Positions 7,727-18,836 are shown, counted from the stretch's first letter. The stretch is DNA of 43,185 bases from an uncultured Flavobacteriaceae bacterium (GCA_964194835.1 CAXMOE010000002.1:277-43461), one strand, 5' to 3'. Notes: generated from the letters alone by a model not told the origin. Program-made: numbers and translations.

Positions 7727-8871
7727 TTATTGTTTAATCCGATTATATTTTTTCAGTGTTTTAATCAGTAAATCATGAGGTAAAGCATAGGCTTTATTCC
7801 TATTAATTCCTTCCATAGTTTCAGCGGCTACCATCGCATTGATAATTGCTTCCTCAACTGCTTGTACAGTTGCTTCAAAAACAGGCATTAGTTGGTCATT
7901 TGGCACTGACTCTACGGTTGTTGTTTCATCCCGATTAAACGCATTTTCATTAGCAGTAGAAAAGGCTAAAAAAATATCTCCAGAACCATTACTTCCTCGT
8001 CCACCTACAATTCCAATACCTAATGTGGTAAAAGTGGTACGTCTGTCGCTATAATTACTATAATTGAACCATCTCCTTCTTGTCTCCTTGATTTTGGTGG
8101 CGCATAATAAACCTCATTTAATGTATCTTTTAATTCCATTCCAACTGGAACACCAGCAATTGATAAGTTTCTTTTTGCGCCAAAATTAGATTGAACAATT
8201 GCTCCAACTGTATATGTTGAATCCTTGATTTTAATAACTCTTGAAGAAGTTCCTGTTCCTCCTTTAAAGCCCAAACACGTCATTCCAGTTCCGCCACCTA
8301 CATTTCCTTCTGCAATCTTTCCACTTGCTGATTTTTTTATCGCTTCTAAAACATGTTCCTCTTTAACGTGAAAACCATAAATATCATTTAAAAAGCCGTC
8401 GTAAGTTTCAGCTACTACAGGATAGGTATACCACCAATCTTCTCCGCTATACCAATCCGTATCTACGTACCATTTTAAAACTGCATCACGAACAACTCCA
8501 ACACTATTTGTGTTTGTTATCATAATTGGAGTTTCCAAAAATCCAGATTCGGTAACCCAAGTTGTGCCTGTCATTTCTCCATTACCATTTAGACTGTACC
8601 AGTTTGCATAAACCGGACTAAATTTTTTGGCTTTACCTCTTGGAAATATTGCAGTAACTCCAGTTCTTATAGGTCCTTCACCAATTATATTTTCACCTTT
8701 TCCAGAAATTATAGTGCTATATCCTACCTCGACTCCTTTAACATCTGTAATAGCATTGAATTCTCCTGTTGCACCAACAAATGGAACCCCTAAATCTCTT
8801 GCTCTTGGTTTTTGTCCGTAAGATTGGGAACAAATGAGCATTATTGTAAAAACTATAAATGTTCTTTTCAT
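7727..8871 (-). pseudogene. DmpA/S58 (P1 family) aminopeptidase, disrupted by a short internal deletion and frameshift
   Basis: ORF 8020..8871 (283 aa) has a signal peptide and the GNVGGGTGMTCLGFKGGTGTSSR motif, and ends ..IIVIIATDVPLLPH*. A different frame from 8020 down to the TAA at 7727..7729 reads GIGIVGGRGSNGSGDIFLAFSTANE...AVEEAIINAMVAAETMEG...LPHDLLIKTLKKYNRIKQ*, which is the normal C-terminus of this family. About 10 residues expected between the two parts (QLKR..-like) are missing. Confidence 0.75.
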
Positions 8872-8903
8872 ATTGGTTGACTTTAAATGTGGTACAACAT
8901 TTA

Positions 8904-10418
8904 CTATTTATCTAAAACAATCCCTAACATTCCTTTTGTCATATTTTCCTGAAGCTGGGATGAAGATTCCTTTTTTTCGATTTTTAAATTGCCATCCTCA
9001 ATTTTGGCGTCCATGCTGGTCATCGACAAATATTCATCTATGGGTATTCTCTTGACCCCGGTAATATAGGTATTAAAAAAATCAGATTGATCCTTGCCAC
9101 TTAACTCTGAAAGCGAATCACGAAGCTCATCCAAGGAATAGCTATCATTTGTTCCTCCATACTTTTGAAATAAACCTTTCATTAAATCGTCCACACTTTT
9201 TTTATTGTTGGATGCCTTACGTATAATCATATCCTGGGAAATTGCTACATAAAGACCCCCGACATAGATTAATCCCCAATGGGCATGTTTTTCTTCTCCC
9301 TTTGTCATTGATAAATTACCTACTCCATCGTCATTGTTATACCGTTGAAAGAAAAGATTGTTCAATATTTCAAAATATGATGAATCATTTAAAAAACCTA
9401 CATGATATAATGATTTAAGGGTATAGTAATTGGTAAACCCTTCCTTAAACCATTCTGTTTCGTCATTGGAAGGCCAAAATGATTTCCCGTTCCACAGATG
9501 AAAAAACTCATGGGCAAAAATAAATCTGGAAAGCATCTTTGTCATAGGCCCTCCGTCTTTTTCAATCACAATGCTGATATTGTTCCCAATTACTTCTCCG
9601 TCCGTAGCAGTGGAAGAATTTATAATGACTACGGATTTATTTAATGTATGATCAGGTCCAGTATTTGGAAGACCTCCCATTAGATTAATATAATAATCAA
9701 GGACACCACCGGCCAACTTTTTATAATCGTCCTTTTCGGAGAGCACCTCATCTCCGCCAAGGGCGAACACCAGTTCAAAATCACCTCTTTTAATAGAAAT
9801 TTCTTCATGTGTCCCGGCAAAAATCATTGATTCAAACAACTCTATCTGGTTCTTGACAATAAAAGAATTCCTATTGCTCTTTAGGGCGTTCCATGGTGTA
9901 GTAACATGCCAATCGGACGGCACTATAAAATCTACATTAATATTGTTGCGTTCGGCTCCGTTTAAGACCAATAATGTCCTTCCCGTATAAAAAACACCCA
10001 AATCTGTAGCATAAGCAACTCCATCGATACCCCCACTCCATTCATAATTTTCATGATCCAATTTCACCTCATAATTAACCGTGATTTTGGTGCCTAATGA
10101 GGTATTCAACTTCCATTTTGCATCTGACAATTCTTCAATTACAATACTATTTTCATTCCTATCAACTGCCCTCATATTGTGAACAAATGTTGCCCATCTT
10201 TTAGGTAAAGCGCTTGCTCCATAGGCCATATACAATGTATCCCCTTTTGGTGTAAAAGTCATACTTACTTTAGCAAGCCTATAATTATTTTTATCAATAG
10301 TGACTACATAGCTGATTTTATCCGTGTCGTCGATACTACTGTCATTGGTTTGTGCTTTAGCATTTTTACCGCCAATTAAAAAAATTAAAAGTGCGAATAA
10401 GTTGATGATTGTTTTCAT
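8904..10418 (-). CDS. Secreted zinc metallopeptidase, M61-like (HExxH)
   Basis: 504 aa with signal peptide MKTIINLFALLIFLIGGKNAKAQ. FIFAHEFFHLWNG with downstream EWFKEGFTNYY resembles the M61/gluzincin active-site region. Confidence 0.6.
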   Translation of the reverse strand: MKTIINLFALLIFLIGGKNAKAQTNDSSIDDTDKISYVVTIDKNNYRLAKVSMTFTPKGDTLYMAYGASALPKRWATFVHNMRAVDRNENSIVIEELSDAKWKLNTSLGTKITVNYEVKLDHENYEWSGGIDGVAYATDLGVFYTGRTLLVLNGAERNNINVDFIVPSDWHVTTPWNALKSNRNSFIVKNQIELFESMIFAGTHEEISIKRGDFELVFALGGDEVLSEKDDYKKLAGGVLDYYINLMGGLPNTGPDHTLNKSVVIINSSTATDGEVIGNNISIVIEKDGGPMTKMLSRFIFAHEFFHLWNGKSFWPSNDETEWFKEGFTNYYTLKSLYHVGFLNDSSYFEILNNLFFQRYNNDDGVGNLSMTKGEEKHAHWGLIYVGGLYVAISQDMIIRKASNNKKSVDDLMKGLFQKYGGTNDSYSLDELRDSLSELSGKDQSDFFNTYITGVKRIPIDEYLSMTSMDAKIEDGNLKIEKKESSSQLQENMTKGMLGIVLDK

Positions 10419-10484
10419 AATGTTTTGATTTAATTGATGAATGTTATTGATTACTGTTTATATAAACGCTCGTTTTAATGGCGT

Positions 10485-11264
10485 TTATTTATTGTTATAG
10501 CCTTTTATTAAATCTTTTCTCCTAACATAGAAGACTGTCATCACCACAATCGACAAATAGAGTATAAAAATCCAAAATGTATTCATACTTCCAGTAAACT
10601 CTGGCAAAATAAGCAGATAATTAAAAGCGGCATTAGCACTAATATGAGCCAGTATAGATGTTAGTACGCTTTTGGTGTAGTAATAAATCCAACTTATAAA
10701 AAGTGTTCCTAGAATAACCCATAATAAAAACACCATGAAGTTCATTTGTAAGGGAACTCCTGTTCCAATCAGATATGCGGGGAAATGCCAAAATCCCCAT
10801 ATCAAACCAAGTATTATGCTTGAATAAAATAAGTTGAATTTATTCATCAATTTAGGAAGTAAAAACCCCCTCCAACCATATTCCTCACCGAGAGCAATTA
10901 GTACTATAACAACAATCTGTGGCAGCAATTGAGTAGTTCTTAAATTAAATATGGAAATATCGAAGTTCAAAGATGTAATTATAGCAAAAGATGCAATGAG
11001 AGGAATTCCAATCAATGAAAGAAGAAGCCATTTGAAACCCGTTTTCTGAATTGTTTGTTTAACAAATAATTCATGGACCCCTTTCTTCCCTTTTGTGATT
11101 GCAGTAAAAATAAGAGCAACTATTGATGGCGTAAAAACAGCTAATATGGAGATATTGGAATCATCTATTTTATAAGAGATAAAACATATTAGTGAACTCA
11201 AGCCTATAACAATTGCCGAGAATATGATGATTTCTTTTTTTTCTATTGAACTCATAATTTTCAT
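10485..11264 (-). CDS. CPBP family intramembrane glutamic endopeptidase (CAAX protease-like)
   Basis: 259 aa and polytopic. The motifs are EEYGWRGFLLP, FWHFPAY and HISANAAFN. Confidence 0.8.
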   Translation of the reverse strand: MKIMSSIEKKEIIIFSAIVIGLSSLICFISYKIDDSNISILAVFTPSIVALIFTAITKGKKGVHELFVKQTIQKTGFKWLLLSLIGIPLIASFAIITSLNFDISIFNLRTTQLLPQIVVIVLIALGEEYGWRGFLLPKLMNKFNLFYSSIILGLIWGFWHFPAYLIGTGVPLQMNFMVFLLWVILGTLFISWIYYYTKSVLTSILAHISANAAFNYLLILPEFTGSMNTFWIFILYLSIVVMTVFYVRRKDLIKGYNNK

Positions 11265-11352
11265 AATTGGTTATACTGTTACAATACTAGGGAATCCCTG
11301 TGAATTCCATGAGGTTTCCCTTGTTTGCATTTGCAAATCAGAACAGCATAAA

Positions 11353-12423
11353 CTATGCAGGGACACGTTGTAAAAAGGCAGTTGGAGTGGTGCCCTTTTC
11401 TTTTTTAAAGGCTGCGTAAAATGCGGACGCCGATTTAAAACCGGCCTTTTGTGCCAGCCCCATAATGGTATAAGAATGGTATTGTGATGTTTGTAGAGTG
11501 CTCACCACTTCCTCGATGCGGAAACTATTGATGAATTCGTTAAAATTTTGACCGTACTCTTGGTTGATCACAACACTTAAGTCATGATAAGGTAATTGTA
11601 GCTCATCAGACAGGGATCTGATATCTAATTTTGGGTTTCTATAATATTTGTTTTCTCGGATTGCAGTCATAATAGGGTCGTTCGCATCATTCCGAACCAC
11701 ACTTTTATTGGGCGTTTTTTTTCTTCTTTTCCCGCTTTTACTGTTTTCGGTAACTCCAAATTTCTGATAAAACAATAATAACGTCATTCCTGAAAACAAC
11801 AAGGTAATATTTAAATAAATCAAAATAGGTAGCGGTTTTATCCAAATATTATGCAGATAAAACAATAGATTTAAAAACCAAATGGAAGCTACCCCCAATA
11901 CCAATATACCTGGCGGTTGCCATAGCTCTTTATCTATGTTTCGAAAGTCAATAGCGATAATAATTAAATAGGAAAAAAAGTGTATGTTCCATAACAGTCG
12001 CATAACATTGCCATCCATTAGTATCTGCCCTACTGCACCCAATGTGTTTTGGGGAATCCAAAGGGTAAATACGGTAACCAATAAGTAGACATAGAAATGA
12101 ACCAGGTGTCCAGACCAAATGCTAATTCTTTTCTTTACACCACGATAAGATTTTACATATAGATATAATAGGGGAGCAATGGCAAAGCAAAGGGCGTTAG
12201 ATAGGGGTTCAAAACCATAAAGCCTTTGACTATATCCGGTAAAGTTAAAAATGGTATTAAGGATCACAATTCCAAGGACAAAAAATAACAAAGAGAGAAT
12301 CTGACCAGGTTGTTGGGCATTGTTCTCCTTTTTTTGAAGATATGCAAAGGACAACAGAAAGCAATTGCCAACACCTACCGCATTAACGAGCAGGGATACA
12401 TCTTTTACAATGGCCATGTCCAT
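11353..12423 (-). CDS. AraC-family transcriptional regulator with a multi-pass membrane N-terminal domain
   Basis: 356 aa. There are about 6-7 hydrophobic helices, then a basic linker (KSGKRRKKTPNK), then a C-terminal AraC HTH (LSDELQLPYHDLSVVINQEYGQNFNEFINSFRIEE...AGFKSASAFYAAFKKEKGTTPTAF). Confidence 0.8.
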   Translation of the reverse strand: MDMAIVKDVSLLVNAVGVGNCFLLSFAYLQKKENNAQQPGQILSLLFFVLGIVILNTIFNFTGYSQRLYGFEPLSNALCFAIAPLLYLYVKSYRGVKKRISIWSGHLVHFYVYLLVTVFTLWIPQNTLGAVGQILMDGNVMRLLWNIHFFSYLIIIAIDFRNIDKELWQPPGILVLGVASIWFLNLLFYLHNIWIKPLPILIYLNITLLFSGMTLLLFYQKFGVTENSKSGKRRKKTPNKSVVRNDANDPIMTAIRENKYYRNPKLDIRSLSDELQLPYHDLSVVINQEYGQNFNEFINSFRIEEVVSTLQTSQYHSYTIMGLAQKAGFKSASAFYAAFKKEKGTTPTAFLQRVPA

Positions 12424-12653
12424 GGTTGTCTTTTCATATAGGACGACCTACTTTACAAATCGTTACAGATTTTCAAAAGTTAATTAGGCATAGCGATGGA
12501 ATCCAAATATATTTCTCATGGACATAAAACAAGGAAGGTGCATTCATGAAAATTTGTAATGTGCTTTACAATAGAAGCGAACACATGACATCGTTTGTAA
12601 AAAAAACTTACCTTAAGGCTTTTAAATTTTTGTTGATTATAAATTGTACATGA

Positions 12654-14045
12654 ATGAAATCAAAAACTAAAATTAGTTCCCTCCAATTTTTGGCTTTTTT
12701 AACTTTATTATTGTTTCTTGGATGTTCAGAAACCAAAAAAGATGATACCCCATGGGTAAATCTGTATAACGGTCAGACCCTTAATGGATGGACGCAGAAA
12801 GGAGGTGAAGCTAATTATGAAGTCAGGGACGGAATGATCGTTGGCAGTACGGTACATGACACCCCTAATTCCTTTTTGTGTTCGGATAAAATGTATGGCG
12901 ACTTTATTCTGGAACTAGAGTATAAAGTAGACTCCAGTATGAATTCTGGCATCCAAATACGTTCCAACAGTTTTCCACATTACAGGGATGGACGAGTCCA
13001 TGGGTACCAAATTGAAATAGATCCTTCCGAAAGGGCCTGGAGCGCAGGTATTTACGATGAGGCTAGGCGCGATTGGTTAAACCCCTTGACTGAAAACCCA
13101 GAAGCACAAAAAGCGTTCAACCAAAACGAATGGAACCATTACCGTATAGAGGCCATTGGGGACACCCTTAAGACATGGATCAACGATATTCCGGCAGCCT
13201 ATCTCATTGATGATAAAACCGCTAGTGGATTTATAGGCTTGCAGGTACATAGTATCGGTAAAGACCAACAGGAAGGGACCGAAATCATATGGAAAAGCAT
13301 AAAGATCATTACCGACAGCCTATCCAAATATTCCAGAAAATCCCCGTTAACCCCAATTGTTACCAAAAACAAACTTACGATTGATGAACAGAAAAAGGGA
13401 TGGAAATTATTATGGGACGGAGAAACCACCAAAGGTTGGCGAGGTGCTAAATTGGACGGATTCCTTGAGAAAGGATGGGTAATTGAAAACGGGGAATTTT
13501 CTGTTTTATCCTCTGGCGGGGGCGAATCACGTGCTGGTGGAGATATTGTAACTACAGAAAAGTATGGGGATTTTGAACTGAAAGTAGATTTTAAAGTTAG
13601 AGAGGGCGGTAACAGTGGTATTAAATACTATGTGGATACGCAACTCAATAAAGGCCCTGGTTCTTCTATTGGTTTGGAGTATCAGATATTGGATGATGCA
13701 AAACATCCTGATGCAAAACTTGGATTCCACGAAGGAAGTAGAACTATTGCCTCTCTCTATGATTTGATCAAAGCCGACCCTAACAAACCTGTAAACGCCG
13801 TTGGAGAATGGAACAGTGCCTACATTCTGTCAAAAGACAATCATGTAGAGCATTGGTTAAATGGGACAAAGGTGTTGGAGTATGAGCGAAAAAGCGATGA
13901 TTATCTTAAATTGGTATCGGAAAGCAAATATGCCAAATGGCCCAACTTTGGTGAAGGTGACAAAGGAGAAATTTTGCTCCAAGATCATGGGGATCACGTA
14001 TCGTTTAAAAATATAAAAATACGTTCCGGGAATAACGATAAATAA
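12654..14045 (+). CDS. Lipoprotein with two tandem DUF1080 (3-keto-disaccharide hydrolase family) domains
   Basis: 463 aa with lipobox LLFLGC. Two repeats each begin W(V/K)xL(Y/W)xGxxxxGW.. and end in the family-typical GxIxLQxHG..V.FKNIKI (GFIGLQVHS.. and GEILLQDHGDHVSFKNIKI). Confidence 0.8.
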   Translation: MKSKTKISSLQFLAFLTLLLFLGCSETKKDDTPWVNLYNGQTLNGWTQKGGEANYEVRDGMIVGSTVHDTPNSFLCSDKMYGDFILELEYKVDSSMNSGIQIRSNSFPHYRDGRVHGYQIEIDPSERAWSAGIYDEARRDWLNPLTENPEAQKAFNQNEWNHYRIEAIGDTLKTWINDIPAAYLIDDKTASGFIGLQVHSIGKDQQEGTEIIWKSIKIITDSLSKYSRKSPLTPIVTKNKLTIDEQKKGWKLLWDGETTKGWRGAKLDGFLEKGWVIENGEFSVLSSGGGESRAGGDIVTTEKYGDFELKVDFKVREGGNSGIKYYVDTQLNKGPGSSIGLEYQILDDAKHPDAKLGFHEGSRTIASLYDLIKADPNKPVNAVGEWNSAYILSKDNHVEHWLNGTKVLEYERKSDDYLKLVSESKYAKWPNFGEGDKGEILLQDHGDHVSFKNIKIRSGNNDK

Positions 14046-14053
14046 AAGAAAAA

Positions 14054-15382
14054 ATGACCACAAGAAGAAATTTTATTAAAAAAACCACTATGGGAAGCGC
14101 AGCAGTTACTTTAGGAGGTCTGGTACTTCCCAGCACGGGTTATGCGAATATCTTAGGGGCCAATGATCATATAAACTGTGCGGTGATCGGAATCCGTAGT
14201 AGAGGAAAGGCCCATGTAACAGCTATTCATCAAGATTCCAATGCCAAAATACTATACAATTGCGATGTGGACGATACCATTCTGGAAGAGCACAATGTGT
14301 GGTGCCAAGAAAATATCGGCTATATCCCCAAGGTGGAAAAAGATTTCCGTAAGGTATTGGACGATAAAGATGTGGATGCCGTTTTTATCGCAACACCGGA
14401 ACATTGGCATGCACCCATGGCCATTATGGCGCTACAGGCGGGCAAACATGTTTACGTGGAAAAGCCCTGTAGCCATAATCCGCATGAAAATGAGCTTTTG
14501 GTAGCCGCCCAACAGAAATATGGAAAAAAAGTGCAAATGGGCAACCAACAACGTTCTGCCCAAACCTCTATTAATGCCATAAAGGATATTAGGGAAGGAA
14601 TTATTGGGGAGGTGTATAAAGGGGAAGCCTATTATTCCAATAATAGAGGTTCTATAGGTATAGGAAATATAACAGATGTCCCAAAAACGTTGGACTGGGA
14701 AATGTGGCAGGGTCCTGCACCAAGAATGGCCTACAAAGACAATATACATCCCTACAACTGGCATTGGTTCCACAATTGGGGGACTGGGGAAATCCATAAT
14801 AACGGCACGCATGAAATTGATATTTGCCGATGGGCACTTGGTGTAGATCTTCCCGAAAGCGTAACCTCTTTTGGAGGTAAATACACCTATAAGGACGATT
14901 GGGAATTTGCAGATAACCAACAAGTGACCTATACTTACGCCAACGATAAATTCATCACTTGGACAGGGCACAGTCGCGGGGTTTTAAAACCCGAAAGACC
15001 TGGAAGAGGCATCACCATTTACGGAAGTAAAGGTTCTATACAATTGGACCGCAATTTCTATAAATTATATCGTTTGGACGGACATCCCATTAAATTCGAA
15101 TTTGAGCAATCAACAAGTGCAACCACCAACGTTAGGGGAGAAGGAAGTTTGGATGTGTCGCACGTGGGGAATTTCTTTGATGCTATAAGGGAAGACAAAT
15201 CCCTGCGGTCAGACATTAAGGATGCCAGCATATCAACCATGCTTTGCCATTTGGGGAACATGGCCCAAGATGTTGGGGCGACTTTAAAAATAGATACTGT
15301 TACCGGTAAAGTTTTGAACAACGACAACGCCATGAAAAACTGGAAACGGGAATACCAAGAAGGTTGGGAACCCAAATTATAA
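14054..15382 (+). CDS. Periplasmic (TAT-signal) Gfo/Idh/MocA family oxidoreductase
   Basis: 442 aa. The twin-arginine signal is MTTRRNFIKKTTMGSAAVTLGG. The Rossmann N-terminus is INCAVIGIRSRGKAH, with FIATPEHWH and YVEKP motifs. Confidence 0.85.
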   Translation: MTTRRNFIKKTTMGSAAVTLGGLVLPSTGYANILGANDHINCAVIGIRSRGKAHVTAIHQDSNAKILYNCDVDDTILEEHNVWCQENIGYIPKVEKDFRKVLDDKDVDAVFIATPEHWHAPMAIMALQAGKHVYVEKPCSHNPHENELLVAAQQKYGKKVQMGNQQRSAQTSINAIKDIREGIIGEVYKGEAYYSNNRGSIGIGNITDVPKTLDWEMWQGPAPRMAYKDNIHPYNWHWFHNWGTGEIHNNGTHEIDICRWALGVDLPESVTSFGGKYTYKDDWEFADNQQVTYTYANDKFITWTGHSRGVLKPERPGRGITIYGSKGSIQLDRNFYKLYRLDGHPIKFEFEQSTSATTNVRGEGSLDVSHVGNFFDAIREDKSLRSDIKDASISTMLCHLGNMAQDVGATLKIDTVTGKVLNNDNAMKNWKREYQEGWEPKL

Positions 15383-15386
15383 AAAA

Positions 15387-16208
15387 ATGGGGGAAATTAA
15401 TTTATTCGATATTTCTGAAAAAGTAATTATCATAACTGGTGGAACAGGTGTATTGGGCGGCAGTATGGCTGCTTATTTAATCAACGCTGGCGCATTCGTT
15501 GTAATCCTTGGGCTATCTCCCGAAAGGACGCAACAAAGAGTTACAGAATTAAAACAAATAAGTTCCAATGTTATCGGAATTTCCGGAAGTGTTTTGGATA
15601 AGCAAAATCTAGAAAAGGTAAGAGCGGAAATTATGGAAAAGTGGGGCAAAATTGATGTGTTGATCAATGCTGCTGGCGGAAACATGCCTGGGGCAACAAT
15701 TGGTGAAGATCAAACTATTTTTGACCTTAAAATGGAGGATTTCAGAAAAGTAACAGAATTGAACTTGGATGGTTCAGTATTGCCTTCACTTGTTTTTGGA
15801 GAAGTGATGTCAAAACAAGGTTATGGCAGTATCATTAATATCTCGTCCATGACAGCATCACGTGCGATCACAAGAGTGGTGGGGTATTCAGCATCCAAGG
15901 CTGCTATTGATAGTTTTACCAAATGGATGGCTACGGAAATGGCCCTTAAATTTAATGGCAATATCCGTGTTAATGCAATAGCACCTGGCTTCTTTATTGG
16001 AAATCAAAACCGTGCTCTTTTAACCAATCCGGACGGAAGCTATACAGAAAGAGGGAAGACTATAATTAATAACACCCCTATGAAACGTTTTGGAAAGGCA
16101 GATGAATTGAACGGAACCATACACTGGCTTATTAGTGATGCGGCTTCCTTTGTAACAGGAACCATCGTTCCCATAGATGGTGGTTTTAATGCTTTTAGTG
16201 GAGTGTAA
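15387..16208 (+). CDS. SDR-family oxidoreductase, likely D-mannonate/fructuronate oxidoreductase (short-chain UxuB type)
   Basis: 273 aa. Contains TGGTGVLGG, NAAGGN and a YSASKAA catalytic motif. It sits directly upstream of uxuA and uxaC. Confidence 0.7.
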   Translation: MGEINLFDISEKVIIITGGTGVLGGSMAAYLINAGAFVVILGLSPERTQQRVTELKQISSNVIGISGSVLDKQNLEKVRAEIMEKWGKIDVLINAAGGNMPGATIGEDQTIFDLKMEDFRKVTELNLDGSVLPSLVFGEVMSKQGYGSIINISSMTASRAITRVVGYSASKAAIDSFTKWMATEMALKFNGNIRVNAIAPGFFIGNQNRALLTNPDGSYTERGKTIINNTPMKRFGKADELNGTIHWLISDAASFVTGTIVPIDGGFNAFSGV

Positions 16209-16235
16209 ATTGCAATTATTCAGTAAACATTTAAA

Positions 16236-17423
16236 ATGAAAATGCAACAAACATGGCGGTGGTATGGCCCAGAGGACCCAGTCTCCTTAAGCGATATAAA
16301 ACAAGCGGGAGCTACTGGAATTGTATCCGCCTTACACCACATTCCCAATGGAGAAATATGGCCCATCGAAGAAATTAAAAAACGTAAAAATGTAATTGAA
16401 GAAGCAGGTTTACAATGGTCTGTGGTTGAAAGTATTCCAGTTCATGAAAATATAAAAACCCGTTCTGGAGATTTTCAATTGCGTATAGAAAACTATAAAC
16501 GAAGTATTCAGAATTTGGCAAGTTGTGACGTACATATCGTATGTTACAATTTTATGCCTGTTTTGGATTGGACAAGAACCTCATTGGATTATGAAATGCC
16601 TGATGGTTCCAGAGCACTTCGTTTTGAAACAGTAGCACTTGCTGCCTTTGAACTACACTTTCTTAAACGACCAGGTGCAAGACACATCTATTCTGAAGTA
16701 CAACAAGGCCAAGCTAAAAAGTATGTTGAAACGCTATCGGAAGAAGAAAAAACAAAGCTTATAAAAAATATCATCGCTGGGTTGCCTGGAGCCGAAGAAG
16801 GCTATACTTTGGAGCAGTTTCAACAGACATTAAATACCTATATTAAAATTGATGCTCAAAAATTGAAAGAACATTTGGTGTCCTTTTTAAAAGAAATTAT
16901 TCCAATTGCTGCCCAAAATGAAGTATTAATGTGTATTCATCCAGATGATCCCCCATATCCGATATTAGGATTGCCAAGAGTTGTGAGTACCGAAGAGGAT
17001 TATGCCTATTTATTTGAGCAAGTTCCAAACAGATCTAATGGAATTACTTTTTGCACTGGCTCTTTGGGAGTACGGGCAGATAATAATTTATTGCAAATAT
17101 TTAAACGATTTGCAGATAGAGTACATTTCATACACCTAAGAAGTACAAAGCGGGATGAGCATGGAAATTTCCATGAAGCCAATCATTTGGAAGGGGACGT
17201 AGACATGCATAGTATTGTAAAGGAAGTTTTAATTGAGCAAAAAAGAAGAGCCGAAGATGGAAGGGCTGATACTTCCATTCCGATGCGACCAGACCATGGA
17301 CATCAGATGTTGGATGATTTAGGTAAAAAGACGAATCCTGGATATTCTGGAATCGGTAGATTAAGAGGGTTGGCCGAACTGAGAGGGTTGGAACTAGGAA
17401 TTTCAAAAAGCTTACAATTATGA
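16236..17423 (+). CDS. uxuA: Mannonate dehydratase
   Basis: 395 aa. The N-terminus (M)[34 protein letters not shown] is the canonical UxuA start. HLRS.. and RPDHGH motifs are present. Confidence 0.9.
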   Translation: MKMQQTWRWYGPEDPVSLSDIKQAGATGIVSALHHIPNGEIWPIEEIKKRKNVIEEAGLQWSVVESIPVHENIKTRSGDFQLRIENYKRSIQNLASCDVHIVCYNFMPVLDWTRTSLDYEMPDGSRALRFETVALAAFELHFLKRPGARHIYSEVQQGQAKKYVETLSEEEKTKLIKNIIAGLPGAEEGYTLEQFQQTLNTYIKIDAQKLKEHLVSFLKEIIPIAAQNEVLMCIHPDDPPYPILGLPRVVSTEEDYAYLFEQVPNRSNGITFCTGSLGVRADNNLLQIFKRFADRVHFIHLRSTKRDEHGNFHEANHLEGDVDMHSIVKEVLIEQKRRAEDGRADTSIPMRPDHGHQMLDDLGKKTNPGYSGIGRLRGLAELRGLELGISKSLQL

Positions 17424-18832
17424 ATCAAATAACTTCAATAAATTTTATATCGGACAATTTTTTATTGAATTCGGAAGAGGCTGTGAATTTGTACCATGAT
17501 TATGCTAAAGACATGCCGATTATAGATTATCACAATCATTTGTCTGCCCAACAAATTGCAGAAAACAAACCTATCGAAAATATCACTGAAGCATGGCTGA
17601 GTGGAGATCATTACAAATGGCGTGCAATGCGTGCCAATGGAATCGATGAGAAGTATATTACAGGGACAGCTTCTTTGGAAGAAAAATTCCTTAAATGGGC
17701 AGAGACAGTTCCGTATACCGTAAGAAACCCATTGTTCCATTGGACTCATTTGGAGTTGAAACGTTATTTTGACATCGATACTATATTACACCCAAGTTCA
17801 GCAAAAGAAATTTATAAAAAAGCAAATGAGATTTTGGCAACTAAGACGCCGGCACAGCTATTGGAACAAATGAAGGTTGAAGTTGTGTGCACCACAGATG
17901 ACCCTACCGACGACCTATATTATCATCAACAAATTGCACAAGGTAATTTTAAAACCAAAGTTCTCCCAACTTTCCGGTCTGATGAATTATTTTTTATCGG
18001 ACAACCCAAGTTCATTGCCTATTTGAAAAAACTGGAGGCCAATGTTGAATTTTCCATAAATAACTTCACTGATTTTTTAACCGCAATAGATGCCAGGCTA
18101 GAATACTTCCAGCTCAATGGTTGTCGATTGTCCGATTTTGGTGTCGGTGGAGCTATGACCATAGTAGACTTTACAATAGATGAAATTACACTCATTTTCG
18201 ATAAATGCTTAAAAGGACAAGAACTTTCCCTTTTGGAAATCAACAAATACAGGTCGAGCCTCTTTCTTCATTTAGGAAAAAAATACCATGAAAAAAATTG
18301 GGTACAACAATATCATTTAGGTCCAATCAGAAATAACAACAGTCGTTTACAAGAACAATTAGGTTCCGATGTAGGTTGCGATTCTATTGGTGATTATCCC
18401 ATGGCAGATTTTATGTCAAAATTATTTAAACAACTGGACTCTTCCGATCAATTGACTAAAACAATTAGCTATAATGTAAATCCTTCTCAAAATGAAGTAT
18501 TTGCAACGATGATGGGCAATTTTAATACCGGTGGTATTCCAGGGAAAATGCAATGGGGATCTGGTTGGTGGTTTATGGATCAAAGAGACGGCATGGAACA
18601 ACAGTTGAATACGCTTTCCAATATGGGATTGTTGAGTCGATTTATTGGTATGCTGACTGATAGCCGCAGTTTTTTCTCGTTTCCCAGACATGAATATTTT
18701 AGAAGAATTTTGTGCAATCTAATTGCTGAAGATATTAAGAATGGATTGGTGCCAAATGACCTATCTTTTTTGGGAAAAATGATACAGGATATATGCTATA
18801 ACAACGCAGTGGATTATTTTGATTTTAATTGA
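17420..18832 (+). CDS. uxaC: Glucuronate isomerase
   Basis: 470 aa. Contains [30 protein letters not shown] and WWF..Q motifs. Its start overlaps the uxuA stop by 4 nt. Confidence 0.9.
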   Translation: MNQITSINFISDNFLLNSEEAVNLYHDYAKDMPIIDYHNHLSAQQIAENKPIENITEAWLSGDHYKWRAMRANGIDEKYITGTASLEEKFLKWAETVPYTVRNPLFHWTHLELKRYFDIDTILHPSSAKEIYKKANEILATKTPAQLLEQMKVEVVCTTDDPTDDLYYHQQIAQGNFKTKVLPTFRSDELFFIGQPKFIAYLKKLEANVEFSINNFTDFLTAIDARLEYFQLNGCRLSDFGVGGAMTIVDFTIDEITLIFDKCLKGQELSLLEINKYRSSLFLHLGKKYHEKNWVQQYHLGPIRNNNSRLQEQLGSDVGCDSIGDYPMADFMSKLFKQLDSSDQLTKTISYNVNPSQNEVFATMMGNFNTGGIPGKMQWGSGWWFMDQRDGMEQQLNTLSNMGLLSRFIGMLTDSRSFFSFPRHEYFRRILCNLIAEDIKNGLVPNDLSFLGKMIQDICYNNAVDYFDFN

Positions 18833-18836
18833 TAAG

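Noticed and set aside
7700-11300. The peptidase block (DmpA-like, M61-like, CPBP) looks somewhat more AT-rich by eye than its neighbours, which hints at horizontal acquisition
   Set aside because: I cannot compute GC or codon statistics here. There are no mobility genes, repeats or tRNA at the borders, so the evidence is insufficient.
12451-12603. Loose inverted repeats (TTTACAAATCG / CGTTTGTAAA, and TGTAA-N6-TTACA at about 12555) in the AraC/DUF1080 divergent region
   Set aside because: They are imperfect, AT-rich and widely spaced, so they cannot be distinguished from chance in AT-rich intergenic DNA without comparative data.
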